Shown here: positions 44,828 through 54,704 of the stretch, in pieces | Layout: the number at the start of each line of letters is the position of its first letter | Position numbering within the stretch: the stretch's first letter is position 1 | DNA from: an uncultured Gammaproteobacteria bacterium | GTDB lineage: Bacteria; Pseudomonadota; Gammaproteobacteria; Steroidobacterales; Rariloculaceae | Direction: 5' to 3' | DNA length: 64,000 nt | Assembly (NCBI GenBank): GCA_963702105.1 | Contig: OY969712.1 | Span: 4,232,388 to 4,296,387 of the forward strand | Translations under genes and position numbers: made by a program | The notes under the pieces: model-generated | What the model was told of the DNA's origin: nothing | Databases searched by the model: none | What the model saw: only the letters and a program-made list of their open reading frames with translations

Positions 44828-44844
44828 CCAGACCTGAGGACCGA

Positions 44845-46551
44845 ATGCAGGACAAGCAGACCTCCGCCGCAGAGGCGCTGCTGCGCGCGCTGAAGCGCCG
44901 CGGCGTCGATCACGTCTTCGCGAACGCCGGCACGGACTTCGCCCCGATCATCGAGGCGCTCGTGAAGGTCGGCGGAGAACTCGAGGCCGTGCCGCGCTTC
45001 GTAACCGTCCCGCACGAGAACCTGGCCGTGGCGATGGCGCACGGCTACTACCTGGTCCGCGGCCGACCGGCCGCCGTCATGGTCCACGTGACCGTCGGCA
45101 CGGGCAACACGGTCTGCGCCCTCATGAACGCCTATCGCGACAACGTGCCCCTCGTGCTCATGGCCGGACGCACGCCGCACACGGAGCGCGGCCACATCGC
45201 TTCGCGCTCCGCGCCGATTCACTGGGGCCAGGAGAACTTCGACCAGGCCGGCATCGTGCGCGAATACACGAAGTGGGACTACGAGCTGCGTTCGGGCCAG
45301 TCGGTGGACGACATCGTCGCGCGCGCGCTCGAGGTCGCCCTGGCCGAGCCGCGCGGCCCCGTCTACCTCACGCTGCCGCGCGAGGTGCTGGCCGACCCGG
45401 TCCGCGGCGTCTCGGCGGGCCTCGGCGCCTCGACGGGCGTCGTGGCCGATCCGCAGCCGAGCGCGAGCCACATCGAGGCGCTGGCAGAATGGGTCGCGGC
45501 CGCCGAGCGGCCCATGATCGTGACGACCCATCTGGGCCGCGACGTCGCCGCCGTGGCCGCGTTGGCCGAGCTCGCGGAGGCATTCTCGATCCCCGTCGTG
45601 CAGGCCGGGCCCACCGCCCTGAACCTGCCCGCCAGCCATCCCATGAACGTCTGGGGCGGCGCGGGCTTACTGCCGAAAGCGGACCTGCTCATCGCCGTGG
45701 ACTCCGAGGTGCCATGGTTCCCGCGCGGCTTCGTCCCCGAGCGCGGGGTCAAGGTCGCGCACCTCGGCATCGACCCGCTCTGGACGCGCTATCCGATGCA
45801 CTCGTTCCCGTCCGACCTCGCGATCCCGGGCAACCCGCGCACGGCCCTGCGCCTGCTCGCGGGCGCCTTGGCCGAGCAGCGGCTCGATGCGGACAAGGTC
45901 GCCGAGCGGCGCGCGGCCGTGGAGCGCTACCGCGCCGAGCAGGCCGCCGCGAAGGAGGCCGCGCTCGCGACGAAGCGGCGGGCGAAGCCGCTGGCCTACG
46001 ACTACGTCGGCGCGTGCGTCGGCCGCGCGCTGCCGGCCGGCGGTCTCGTCGTGACCGAGCTCGGCGTCTCCGCCGAGCAGCTCGGCCTCGAGGAGCCCGG
46101 CAGCCTGCTCGGCGTCGGCATCGGCGGCGGCCTCGGTTTCGGCCTCGGCGCGGCGCTCGGCGCCAAGCTCGCTGCGCCCGAGCGCACGGTCGTCGCGACG
46201 GTCGGCGACGGCAGCTACATGTTCGGCAACCCGACACCCTTCCACCTCGTCTCGCGGGCGGCGGATCTGCCCGTGCTCGTCGTCGTCTGCAACAACGGGC
46301 GCTGGCAGGCCGTGGACTCCGCGACGCGCGTGGTCTACCCCTCGGGCCTCGCGGCCGCCGCGAAGCCCATGCCGCTCGTCGAGCTGCAGCCCTCGCCCGA
46401 GTTTACGAAGGTCGCCGAGGCCTCGGGCGCGTTCGCCCGTCGCATCGACGAGCCCGGCGAGCTGCCGGCGGCGCTCGAGGAGGCGCTGGAGGCCGTCCGC
46501 GGGGGGCGGCAGGCGTTGCTCGACGTCCGGATGGAACACGGCGAGCGCTGA
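44845..46551 (+). CDS. thiamine-pyrophosphate-requiring enzyme (acetolactate synthase large-subunit-like)
   Basis: Internal ATG (GAGGA RBS): MQDKQTSAAEALLRALKRRGVDHVFANAGTDFAPIIEAL...HENLAVAMAHGYY... C-terminal TPP-binding GDGSYMFGNP...NNG. Confidence 0.85.
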   Translation: MQDKQTSAAEALLRALKRRGVDHVFANAGTDFAPIIEALVKVGGELEAVPRFVTVPHENLAVAMAHGYYLVRGRPAAVMVHVTVGTGNTVCALMNAYRDNVPLVLMAGRTPHTERGHIASRSAPIHWGQENFDQAGIVREYTKWDYELRSGQSVDDIVARALEVALAEPRGPVYLTLPREVLADPVRGVSAGLGASTGVVADPQPSASHIEALAEWVAAAERPMIVTTHLGRDVAAVAALAELAEAFSIPVVQAGPTALNLPASHPMNVWGGAGLLPKADLLIAVDSEVPWFPRGFVPERGVKVAHLGIDPLWTRYPMHSFPSDLAIPGNPRTALRLLAGALAEQRLDADKVAERRAAVERYRAEQAAAKEAALATKRRAKPLAYDYVGACVGRALPAGGLVVTELGVSAEQLGLEEPGSLLGVGIGGGLGFGLGAALGAKLAAPERTVVATVGDGSYMFGNPTPFHLVSRAADLPVLVVVCNNGRWQAVDSATRVVYPSGLAAAAKPMPLVELQPSPEFTKVAEASGAFARRIDEPGELPAALEEALEAVRGGRQALLDVRMEHGER

Positions 46552-46795
46552 AGCCTCGGCGTTCAAGACAAGACGGCATCAGGCCGGTCCGGTACGCATG
46601 CACACCGGACCTGCAGCATTACGCTACATGGCTTCGATCCGAAGGCTCCATCTCGGACGTTGGCTGGAAGGTTGGTCGTTCCGCCTTCGTTCGACCGAGA
46701 ACCGAGCGCGCCGCTTAAGCACGGATCGCATCCGGCCGCTGCCAGGGTCGCTACGGGGACCCGAGCGAAGCCGACGCGCGCAAGGCCGCTGGTCC

Positions 46796-46909
46796 GGCGT
46801 GTTTGCCCATGAGGCGCCTGTCGGGACGCTGGGCGCCAGGGATGGCGCCCAGCGAGCCCCCAGGGACGGGTTTACGGCGGTCCCGACAGGCGCCTCATGG
46901 GCAAACACG
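46796..46909. repeat. REP-like palindromic element, core copy 4
   Basis: Arms GCGTGTTTGCCCATGAGGCGCCTGTCGGGA / TCCCGACAGGCGCCTCATGGGCAAACACGC. Core GGCGCCAGGGATGGCGCC ... CCAGGGACGGGTTTACGGCGGTCCCGAC. Confidence 0.8.
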
Positions 46910-46934
46910 CCGGCCCCATCAGGTCGGGTCTTCG

Positions 46935-47597
46935 TCAGCGGAGGCCGAAGAGCGACCGCGCGCGTTCCAGCCGCTCCGGCGTGCCGACGTCGATCCAGGG
47001 GCCGTCGTAGCGGACGCCGCGCAGCGTGCCGCGCGCGATGGCCGCGTCGAGGATGGGCTTGAGCGGCTGCGGGCCGGGGGTGCGGCCTGCGAAGAGCGCG
47101 GGATGCAGCAGCGCGTTGCCGCCGTAGGTCAGCTTCGGCGGCGAGTCGCGGACCCGGCCGTCGGCGTCGAGGCCGAAGTCGCCGGCCGGGTTGTGCTCCG
47201 GGTTCGGGACGAGAAGCAGCGCGCCTTCGGCGCCGTCGAGCCGGAGCGCCGCGGGATCGAAGGCCGTCAGCACGTCGGCGTTGACGACGAGGAACGGGGC
47301 CGGGCCGAGACTCGTCAGTGCACGCAGGATGCCGCCGCCGGTTTCGAGCGGCGACTCGCCCTCCTCGCTGTAGACGACGCCGAGTCCCCAGCGGGCGCCG
47401 TCGCCGACGGCCGCGCGTATCAGATCGCCGCGGCGCGCGACGTTGACGACGACCTCGCGCACGCCGGCGCGGGCCAGCCGGGCGAGCTGGTGGGCGATGA
47501 GCGGCTCGCCGCCGACTTCGAGCAACGGCTTCGGCAGCGCCGCGGTCAGGGCGCCCATGCGGGTGCCGAGACCGGCCGCGAGCACGATCGCTTTCAT
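46935..47597 (-). CDS. murU: nucleotidyltransferase, MurU-like (N-acetylmuramate alpha-1-phosphate uridylyltransferase family)
   Basis: MKAIVLAAGLGTRMGALTAALPKPLLEVGGEPLIAHQL...ETGGGI...VNADV. Divergent from lptD, as in pseudomonads (from memory). Confidence 0.65.
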   Translation of the reverse strand: MKAIVLAAGLGTRMGALTAALPKPLLEVGGEPLIAHQLARLARAGVREVVVNVARRGDLIRAAVGDGARWGLGVVYSEEGESPLETGGGILRALTSLGPAPFLVVNADVLTAFDPAALRLDGAEGALLLVPNPEHNPAGDFGLDADGRVRDSPPKLTYGGNALLHPALFAGRTPGPQPLKPILDAAIARGTLRGVRYDGPWIDVGTPERLERARSLFGLR

Positions 47598-47664
47598 CCG
47601 GACAAGTCGTTGAAGGCCAATAGGAACTATGCCATTGTAGCCGCCTTTATGCGGCCCGTGCCCA

Positions 47665-50073
47665 GTGTCCTTCCCCCGAGACCCCCTGCGTAAATCGCGC
47701 CGGCCGGCCTTCGGCCGCGCCCTGCCACTGCCGCTGTACCTTCTGGCCGTTTCGCCGGCCCTGGCTCAGCAGTCGTGCCCCGTGGCTCCGGACCCCATTA
47801 CGCGGACGGCGAACGACCTGCTCGCGGCCGAGGCGTCACTCGGCCTCGATGCGACGCTCGCGCCGATCGTGCCCGGCACCCAGCAGCCGAGCGGGGCGCC
47901 GGTGCCGCCCTCCGGCGGGGCGTCTTCTGCTGCCCACCCGGCCGCGGTCGCCACGGGGGGCGCCCCCGCGCCGCCCAAGAAGGGGCTGCTCGGGAACGAC
48001 GCGAGCGACGAGCCTTTCGAAATCGAGGCGGGCGAGCTCGAGGCCGGCACGGCCACGGGTGCGATCTTCTCGCACAAGGTGGAGATCAAGCACGGCGATC
48101 AGGTGCTCGAGGGCCAGCGCGCGATTCTCGATCGCCCGGCTCAACGCGTGCAGGTCACGGGCACGGTGACGTACAAGGATCCCGAGCTCACGATCTTCGG
48201 CCAGGACGCGAACTTCGACACGGCGAATCGCCGCATCTCCTTCGGCCAGGCCGGCTTCGAGATCCCGTCGCGCCCCGCGCGCGGCTCGGCCGAACGCATC
48301 GTGATCGGCGCGGACAACAGAATGAGCTTGTCCACTGTTCGTTTCACGACGTGCCCCGCGGACGCGACGGCTTGGCAGCTGCAGGCGCAGAGCCTGGTGC
48401 TCGACGTTGACCGCGGCTTCGGCACCGCGCGCGGCGTCAAGCTCGAGTTCAAGGGCGTGCCGATCTTCTACGCGCCGTTCTTCACTTTCCCGATCAGCTC
48501 GAAGCGCAAGAGCGGCTTCCTGACACCGAGCTTCGGTCAGCGCGACCGCACGGGCCTCGACATCTCGGTGCCCTATTACCTTAACCTCAAGCCGAATCTC
48601 GACATGACGCTCGAGCCGCACTACCTCAGCAAGCGCGGCCTCGAGGTCGACACGCAGGTGCGGTACCTGTTGCCGCGCAGCGCCGGCGAGTTCGACATGA
48701 GCTATCTGCCGCGCGATCAGGTCACGAACACCGAGCGCCGCTATCTGAATCTGCAGCATCGAACGGAGTTCGGCGAGGGCTGGGGCGTCGAGGCCGGCAT
48801 CCAGCAGGTTTCGGACGACGCCTACTTCGAGGATCTGGGCTCGAGTCTCAGCGTCACGAGCCAGCTGTATCTCGACCGTTACATCGACCTGACCTACGCG
48901 GCGCCTTTCTGGAGCGTGCGCTCGCGGCTGCAGGACTATCAGACGATCGACACGACGATCCCGGTTGCGGATCGCCCGTACGAGCAGCTCCCGCAGATCC
49001 TGTTCCAAGGCCGCTGGTACCAGGGACTGCTCGGCTTCGATTCCACCGCGGAGCTCGTGAACTTCGAGCGCGATGTCGGCACGACGGGCTGGCGGCTCGA
49101 TTCGACGCAGGAAGTCAGCGCGCGGTTCGCGCGCTCCGGCATGTACGTGACGCCGGCCGTCGCGCTGCGGCAGACAGACTACTGGCTCGGCAGCACGGCG
49201 GCCGGAGCCGACCAGACGCTCACGCGCACGCTGCCCGTCGCGAGCATCGACGCCGGCCTCAAGCTCGAGCGCGCCGCGCGCGGCGGACGCGCCTGGCTCG
49301 AGACGCTGGAGCCGCGCCTGCTCTACGTGCACGTGCCCTACGTGGATCAATCCGACCTGCCCCTCTTCGACACGATCGAGCCGGACTTCAACCTCGTGCA
49401 GCTGTTCAGGAAATACCAGTTCGTAGGCCCGGATCGAATCGCGAACACGGACCAGGTCAGCCTCGGCTTCACGGCGCGGCTCATCGACGAGGCGTCGGGC
49501 GAACAGCGTCTCGCGGCAACTTTGGGGCAGACCCGCTATCTAACGGACCAGAAAGTGACGCTGCCCGGCGCCGAGCCGCGGACGGCGAACGCGTCGGACT
49601 ATGTCGCGGAGATGTCGATCGGCATGCTCCGGACCTGGAACCTGGATTTCGGCTATCAGTGGAACAGCGAAACCAGCCGCACCGCGCGTACGGAGACGCG
49701 CTTCGAGTACCGGCCCGACGCAGACCGGTTGCTCGGTTTCGCCTATCGATATCGCCGCGGCGTGCTGCAGCAGGGCGACGTCTCGCTCGTGTGGCCGGCG
49801 ACCAAGAAGTGGCGCGTCATCGGCCTGTACAGCTACTCACTGCTCGAGAACAAACCGCTCGAGCGCTTTCTCGGCTGGGAATACGATGCCTGCTGCTGGC
49901 GCATGCGCGTCGTCGGCCGCAGCTACGTGGGGCATCGAACCGGCGAGACGTACAACGGCATTTCCGTGCAATTCGAGCTCAGCGGGTTCTCCCAAGGGGT
50001 CGCCTCGCCCGAGGAGCTCCTCGACCGTGGTATCGTGGGCTATGGCGGCCTGACCGGAGCTGAATCCCGATGA
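47665..50073 (+). CDS. lptD: LPS-assembly outer-membrane protein LptD
   Basis: 802 aa with a signal peptide. OstA-like N-terminal domain plus a large beta-barrel (..KRKSGFLTPSFG.., ..YLNLKPN.DMTLEPHYLSKRG..). Sits upstream of surA with an ATGA overlap. Confidence 0.9.
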   Translation: MSFPRDPLRKSRRPAFGRALPLPLYLLAVSPALAQQSCPVAPDPITRTANDLLAAEASLGLDATLAPIVPGTQQPSGAPVPPSGGASSAAHPAAVATGGAPAPPKKGLLGNDASDEPFEIEAGELEAGTATGAIFSHKVEIKHGDQVLEGQRAILDRPAQRVQVTGTVTYKDPELTIFGQDANFDTANRRISFGQAGFEIPSRPARGSAERIVIGADNRMSLSTVRFTTCPADATAWQLQAQSLVLDVDRGFGTARGVKLEFKGVPIFYAPFFTFPISSKRKSGFLTPSFGQRDRTGLDISVPYYLNLKPNLDMTLEPHYLSKRGLEVDTQVRYLLPRSAGEFDMSYLPRDQVTNTERRYLNLQHRTEFGEGWGVEAGIQQVSDDAYFEDLGSSLSVTSQLYLDRYIDLTYAAPFWSVRSRLQDYQTIDTTIPVADRPYEQLPQILFQGRWYQGLLGFDSTAELVNFERDVGTTGWRLDSTQEVSARFARSGMYVTPAVALRQTDYWLGSTAAGADQTLTRTLPVASIDAGLKLERAARGGRAWLETLEPRLLYVHVPYVDQSDLPLFDTIEPDFNLVQLFRKYQFVGPDRIANTDQVSLGFTARLIDEASGEQRLAATLGQTRYLTDQKVTLPGAEPRTANASDYVAEMSIGMLRTWNLDFGYQWNSETSRTARTETRFEYRPDADRLLGFAYRYRRGVLQQGDVSLVWPATKKWRVIGLYSYSLLENKPLERFLGWEYDACCWRMRVVGRSYVGHRTGETYNGISVQFELSGFSQGVASPEELLDRGIVGYGGLTGAESR

Positions 50074-51413
50074 CTCATCGACCTTTGCGCTATCTCCTCA
50101 TCGCCTGCGCTGCGCTCGCCGCCGTCCCCGGCCTCGTGGCGGCCCAGACGCGGGAGCTCGGCTCCGGCGGCGAGCTCCTGGACGGCATCGCGGCCGTCGT
50201 GGACGACGGCGTCGTGCTCAAGAGCGACCTCGAGCAGCGCATGGATCTCGTCACGCGCCAGCTCGAGCAGCAGCAGGTGCAGACGCCCGCGGACCAGCGC
50301 CGACCGCTGCCGCCGCGCAACGTCATCGAAAAGCAGGTGCTCGACCAGCTCGTCCTCAAGGAGGTGCAGCTCCAGCGCGCCAAGCGGCTCGGCATCACAG
50401 TCAGCGACCAGATGCTGAACCAGGCGCTCTCGGGCGTTGCCCAGAAGCTCGGCATCACGCTCGAGCAGCTGCCGCAGGCGCTCGCGCAGCAGGACATCAA
50501 CTACACGATGTATCGCGAGGACAGCCGCGACGACCTCATCGTGCAGCAGCTCCTGCAGCGCGACGTGTTGAGCCACATCACGGTGACGCCGCGCGAGCTG
50601 CAGCAGTGCCTCGACAAGCAGGCGGCCACGCAGGCCAGCGATCGCGACTACAACATCTCTCACATCCTCGTCGGCGTCTCGCCCTCGGCGAGCCAGCAGG
50701 AGATCGAGGCCGCCAAAAAGAAGATCGAGGAGGCCTACGCCAAGCTCAAAAGCGGTGAGGACTTCACACAGGTCGCCGTGACTTACTCGGACTCGGAGGA
50801 CGCGCTCAAGGGCGGCAGCCTCGGCTGGCGCAAGGGCTCGGAGCTGCCGACCGTGTTCGCCAACGTCGTTCCGAAGCTCAAGCCCGGCGGGTTTTCCGAG
50901 CCGATCCAGAGCGCGAGCGGCTTTCACATCGTCGAGCTCAACGACGTTCGCGGCGCGCAGCGCGTCGTCGAGGAGCAACTCCACGTGCGGCACATCCTGC
51001 TGAAGCCCAACGCGATTCAGGACGACGACGCCGTCAAGCAGCGTCTGCTCGGCATCCGCCAGCAGATCGAGAGCGGCCAGGACTTCGGGCCCATCGCGAA
51101 GGCCATCTCCGAAGATCCGGTCTCCGCGTCGGACGGCGGGGACCTCGGCTGGATCACGCTCGGCGGCGGCGAGTATCCGCCGGAGTTCGAGGACGCGCTC
51201 AAGAAGCTTCAGGTCGGCGTCCTGAGCGAGCCGTTCAAGACGCGCTACGGGTGGCACCTCGCCGAAGTCACGGCGAAGCGCAAGCACGACATGACGGACG
51301 AGCTCAAGAAGGAGCACTGTGCCGAGCAGGTCCGCAACAGTAAGGCCGAAGAGGAACGCGAGCTGTGGCTGCGCCGACTGCGCGACCAAGCCTACGTCGA
51401 CGAGCGCATGTAA
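50070..51413 (+). CDS. surA: periplasmic chaperone / peptidyl-prolyl isomerase SurA
   Basis: Signal peptide, SurA N-domain and two parvulin domains (..ISHILV.., ..SGFHIVEL.., ..VRHILL.., ..YGWHL..). Confidence 0.9.
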   Translation: MTHRPLRYLLIACAALAAVPGLVAAQTRELGSGGELLDGIAAVVDDGVVLKSDLEQRMDLVTRQLEQQQVQTPADQRRPLPPRNVIEKQVLDQLVLKEVQLQRAKRLGITVSDQMLNQALSGVAQKLGITLEQLPQALAQQDINYTMYREDSRDDLIVQQLLQRDVLSHITVTPRELQQCLDKQAATQASDRDYNISHILVGVSPSASQQEIEAAKKKIEEAYAKLKSGEDFTQVAVTYSDSEDALKGGSLGWRKGSELPTVFANVVPKLKPGGFSEPIQSASGFHIVELNDVRGAQRVVEEQLHVRHILLKPNAIQDDDAVKQRLLGIRQQIESGQDFGPIAKAISEDPVSASDGGDLGWITLGGGEYPPEFEDALKKLQVGVLSEPFKTRYGWHLAEVTAKRKHDMTDELKKEHCAEQVRNSKAEEERELWLRRLRDQAYVDERM

Positions 51414-52399
51414 CGCTGGCCCTGACCTCGGGCGAGCCCGCGGGAATCGGACCGGACATCTGCCTCATGCTCGCGCGCCGCGAGCGGCCGTTTGCGCTCG
51501 CCGTGCTAGGTGACCCCGACGTGCTCGCCGCCCGCGCGCGCCGGCTCGGCCTCGAGATCGAGCTGCGGGCCTGCGGCGACCCGGCCGCGCTCGAGGGGGC
51601 GGGGCGCGCCGGCGTGCTCGACGTGCTGCCCGTCTCGGCCCGAGCGCAGGTCGTTCCCGGGCGGCTCGACACTTCGAACGCGGCCTACGTGCTCGAGCTG
51701 CTGCGGACCGGCGCCGATCTGTGCGTGCGGGGCGCTTGCGATGCGCTCGTCACGGCACCCGTGCAAAAAAGCGTGATCACGCGCTCCGGCGTGCCGTTCT
51801 CCGGCCACACGGAGTTTCTGGCCGAGCTCACCGGCACGCCGCTGCCCGTCATGCTGCTCGCGGGGCCGCGGCTCAAGGTCGCGCTCGCGACGACGCATCT
51901 GCCGCTGCGCGCCGTCCCCGATACCCTGACGGCCGATCTCATCGAGCGCACCGTGCTCGTCGTCGAGCGGGATCTCGCCGAAAGGTTCGGCATCGCCCGG
52001 CCGCGCATCATGGTGCTCGGCCTGAACCCGCATGCGGGCGAGCAAGGCACGCTCGGCACCGAAGAGCGCGACGTCATCGAGCCCGCGCTGCACCGACTCG
52101 CCGCGCGCGGCAGCGCGGCCTTCGGCCCCGTCTCGGCCGACACGGCCTTCACGCCCGAGTCGCTCGCGCGGTGCGACGTCGTGCTCGCGATGTATCACGA
52201 TCAGGGCCTGCCCGTGCTCAAGGCCGCCTCGTTCGGCGAGGTCGTCAACGTCACGCTCGGCCTGCCCATCATCCGCACTTCCGTCGATCACGGTACGGCG
52301 CTCGAGCTCGCGGGCACGGGGCGCGCGCGGGCCGAGAGCCTGGCGGCAGCCGTCGAGCTGGCCCGCGCGCTTGCGGCGCAGGCGGCCGCGGCGCATTGA
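51365..52399 (+). CDS. pdxA: 4-hydroxythreonine-4-phosphate dehydrogenase PdxA
   Basis: LTSGEPAGIGPD, GHTEFL, GLNPHAGE, HDQGL, IRTSVDHGTA. The start is uncertain: the track start overlaps surA by 49 nt. Confidence 0.9.
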   Translation: MAAPTARPSLRRRAHVTLALTSGEPAGIGPDICLMLARRERPFALAVLGDPDVLAARARRLGLEIELRACGDPAALEGAGRAGVLDVLPVSARAQVVPGRLDTSNAAYVLELLRTGADLCVRGACDALVTAPVQKSVITRSGVPFSGHTEFLAELTGTPLPVMLLAGPRLKVALATTHLPLRAVPDTLTADLIERTVLVVERDLAERFGIARPRIMVLGLNPHAGEQGTLGTEERDVIEPALHRLAARGSAAFGPVSADTAFTPESLARCDVVLAMYHDQGLPVLKAASFGEVVNVTLGLPIIRTSVDHGTALELAGTGRARAESLAAAVELARALAAQAAAAH

Positions 52400-53259
52400 T
52401 GCACACGCGACGCGGCGCGCCCCGCAACGGCCGCCGCGCGGGCGCACGCGCAGCGGGCTTAGAGCGAGCTGCGCCGCGTCGCGTCCATGCCCGCAGGCGT
52501 CTCGGCCAGCACTTCCTTCACGATCCGGCCGTCATCGCACGCATCGTCGCGGCCATCGCTCCGCAGCACGACGACGCCATCGTCGAAATCGGCGGCGGCC
52601 TCGGTGCGCTCACGGGACCGCTGCTCGAGCGGGTCGCCGAGCTGCACGTCGTCGAGATCGACCCGCGCCTCGGGCCCGACCTCGAGCGCCGCGGCACCGA
52701 CGAGCACCGCCTGATACTGCATGCGGGCGACGCGCTCGAATTCGATTTCGCCGCGCTCGCCCGCGCTCCGCATTCGCTGCGCGTCGCCGGCAATCTGCCC
52801 TACAACATCTCGACGCCCCTGCTGTTCCATCTGCTCGCGAGCCGCGCCGCGATCCGCGACATGCACATCATGCTCCAGAAGGAAGTCGTGACGCGCATGA
52901 CCGCTTCGCCGGGCGGCAAGGACTACGGCCGACTCACGGTCATGCTCTCGCTGGCCGCCGACGTCGAGGCCTGCTTCGACATCGGCCCCGGCGCCTTCTC
53001 GCCGCCGCCTCGCGTCTGGTCCACGCTCGTGCGCGTCACGCCGCTCGCGGCACCGCGCTTCCAACTCGCCGACGAAGCGGCCTTCGCACGCCTCGTGGCG
53101 CAGCTCTTCTCGATGCGGCGCAAGACGCTCGCCCGCATCCTCAAGGGGCGGTTGAGCGCGGCCGAGATCGAGTCGCTGCAGCTCGATCCGCGCGCGCGGC
53201 CGGAGACGCTGGCGCCATCGGACCTTGCGCGGCTGGCGGAGGCTCTCGGGGGTCGGTAG
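52399..53259 (+). CDS. rsmA: 16S rRNA (adenine1518/1519-N6)-dimethyltransferase RsmA/KsgA
   Basis: The ATG overlaps the pdxA stop (TGATG). LGQHFLHD, VEIGGGLGALT, NLPYNISTP. Confidence 0.9.
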   Translation: MHTRRGAPRNGRRAGARAAGLERAAPRRVHARRRLGQHFLHDPAVIARIVAAIAPQHDDAIVEIGGGLGALTGPLLERVAELHVVEIDPRLGPDLERRGTDEHRLILHAGDALEFDFAALARAPHSLRVAGNLPYNISTPLLFHLLASRAAIRDMHIMLQKEVVTRMTASPGGKDYGRLTVMLSLAADVEACFDIGPGAFSPPPRVWSTLVRVTPLAAPRFQLADEAAFARLVAQLFSMRRKTLARILKGRLSAAEIESLQLDPRARPETLAPSDLARLAEALGGR

Positions 53260-53300
53260 CGCGCGCGCCATCGGCTAAGGGCGCCCAGACGCCGTAGCGG

Positions 53301-53420
53301 GGCGGAGGCATCGGCTGAGGGCGGTGTCGGGACCGCCAAAATACCCATCCATGGGGGCTGCGTTGCGCGCCATCCCTGGCGCGCACGCTCCCGACACCGC
53401 CCTCAGCCGATACCTCCGCC
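53301..53420. repeat. REP-like palindromic element, core copy 5 (opposite orientation)
   Basis: Arms GGCGGAGGCATCGGCTGAGGGCGGTGTCGGGA / TCCCGACACCGCCCTCAGCCGATACCTCCGCC. Core GCGCGCCATCCCTGGCGCGC. Confidence 0.8.
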
Positions 53421-53566
53421 GGGACGCCGACTTGGCCATAGCGAAGTCCGAAGACGGCACTGATCGATCGCATCCGAACTCCGCAGGGACGCAAGTACCG
53501 AACGCCTCTGCCAGCGAGCGCAGGGACTGCCGTCTTCAAACCCACCAATTTCCTCGCGGGGTGGCA

Positions 53567-53749
53567 GCAGGATTCATGAACGGCCATCAACGTCGCAGAG
53601 GAGGCTCGTGCAGACAGGCGCTTTCGGGGCCGTGCGCGCCAGGGAGGGCGCGCCCGGAGCCTCCAGGGATGGATTCACGGCGTCCCCGAAAGCGCCTGTC
53701 TGCACGAGCCTCCGGCTGCCACCACCATTGATCCGTTCATGAATCCTGC
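53567..53749. repeat. full-length nested-palindrome element (MITE/REP-like), copy 6
   Basis: 17-bp terminal inverted repeats GCAGGATTCATGAACGG / CCGTTCATGAATCCTGC. Inner arms GGAGGCTCGTGCAGACAGGCGCTTTCGGGG / CCCCGAAAGCGCCTGTCTGCACGAGCCTCC. Core GCGCGCCAGGGAGGGCGCGC ... CCAGGGATGGATTCACGGCG. Confidence 0.8.
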
Positions 53750-53780
53750 GGACTCACCGGTAGACCCGTAGACTAGCCCG

Positions 53781-54608
53781 ATGACCCTCTACGCCATCGG
53801 CGACATCCAAGGCTGCTACGGCCCCTTCGCCACACTGCTCGACCGCCTCGACTTCGATCCGTCGCGCGACCGCCTCTGGCTCGTCGGCGACCTCGTGAAT
53901 CGCGGACCGGACTCGCTCGCCGTGCTGCGCCGTGTCGCGGAGCTCGGCTCGAGCGTCGTGACCGTGCTCGGCAATCACGATCTGCACCTGCTCGCGGCGG
54001 CGGCCGGCCTGCGCCGTCCTTCGGCCGCCGACACGCTCGACCAGGTCCTGGCCGCGCCCGATTCCGAGGAGCTGCTCGATTGGCTGCGCCGCCGCCCGCT
54101 TCTGCACTACGACCGCGAGCACCGCCGCGCCCTCGTGCACGCCGGCATCCCGCCCGAGTGGGACATCGAGGCCGCCCTGCGGCACGCAGCCGAGGTCGAG
54201 GGTCTGCTGCGCGGCCCGCATTGGCGATACGGGCTCGAGGTCATGTACGGCAACGATCCGCCGAAGTGGACTCAGGATCTCGAGTATGCGGCGCGGGTGC
54301 GCTATACGATCAACGCCCTGACGCGTATGCGCTTCTGCGATGCGAGCGGTGGGCTCGATCTCGAGCGGTCCGGCCCGCCCGGCACCCAGCCCCCGGGGCT
54401 CGTGCCCTGGTACGACGCGCCTGGCCGACGGACGACGACGACTCATATCGTATTCGGGCATTGGTCGGCGCTCGGGTTCATGCGCCGCGTGGACGTGACG
54501 GCGCTCGATAGCGGCTGCGTCTGGGGCGGCATGCTCACGGCCGTCGCGCTCGACGGCGACCTCGAGCCGACTGCGATCGCCTGCGCGCAGGCGGCACCGC
54601 GCGGCTGA
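53781..54608 (+). CDS. apaH: bis(5'-nucleosyl)-tetraphosphatase (symmetrical) ApaH
   Basis: MTLYAIGDIQGC, GDLVNRGP, GNHD, GHW. Confidence 0.9.
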   Translation: MTLYAIGDIQGCYGPFATLLDRLDFDPSRDRLWLVGDLVNRGPDSLAVLRRVAELGSSVVTVLGNHDLHLLAAAAGLRRPSAADTLDQVLAAPDSEELLDWLRRRPLLHYDREHRRALVHAGIPPEWDIEAALRHAAEVEGLLRGPHWRYGLEVMYGNDPPKWTQDLEYAARVRYTINALTRMRFCDASGGLDLERSGPPGTQPPGLVPWYDAPGRRTTTTHIVFGHWSALGFMRRVDVTALDSGCVWGGMLTAVALDGDLEPTAIACAQAAPRG

Positions 54609-54704
54609 CCTGCGAGCGGCCGCCCGGACGCCGCACGCCGGGCCGCGCCCAGCCGCGCCGGCCGCCGAGACGCGGCATAATGGCGCCGCTTGCGGAGACC
54701 CATC

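Noticed and set aside
44482-44844. Upstream extension of the TPP-enzyme ORF overlapping DUF4159
   Set aside because: R-rich and out of frame with the DUF4159 gene. A GAGGA RBS and the conserved N-terminus begin at the ATG at 44845.
53324-53731. 135-aa ORF in the rsmA-apaH gap as a possible ApaG replacement
   Set aside because: It is a translation of the two palindromic repeat elements. It has no similarity to ApaG and a biased composition.
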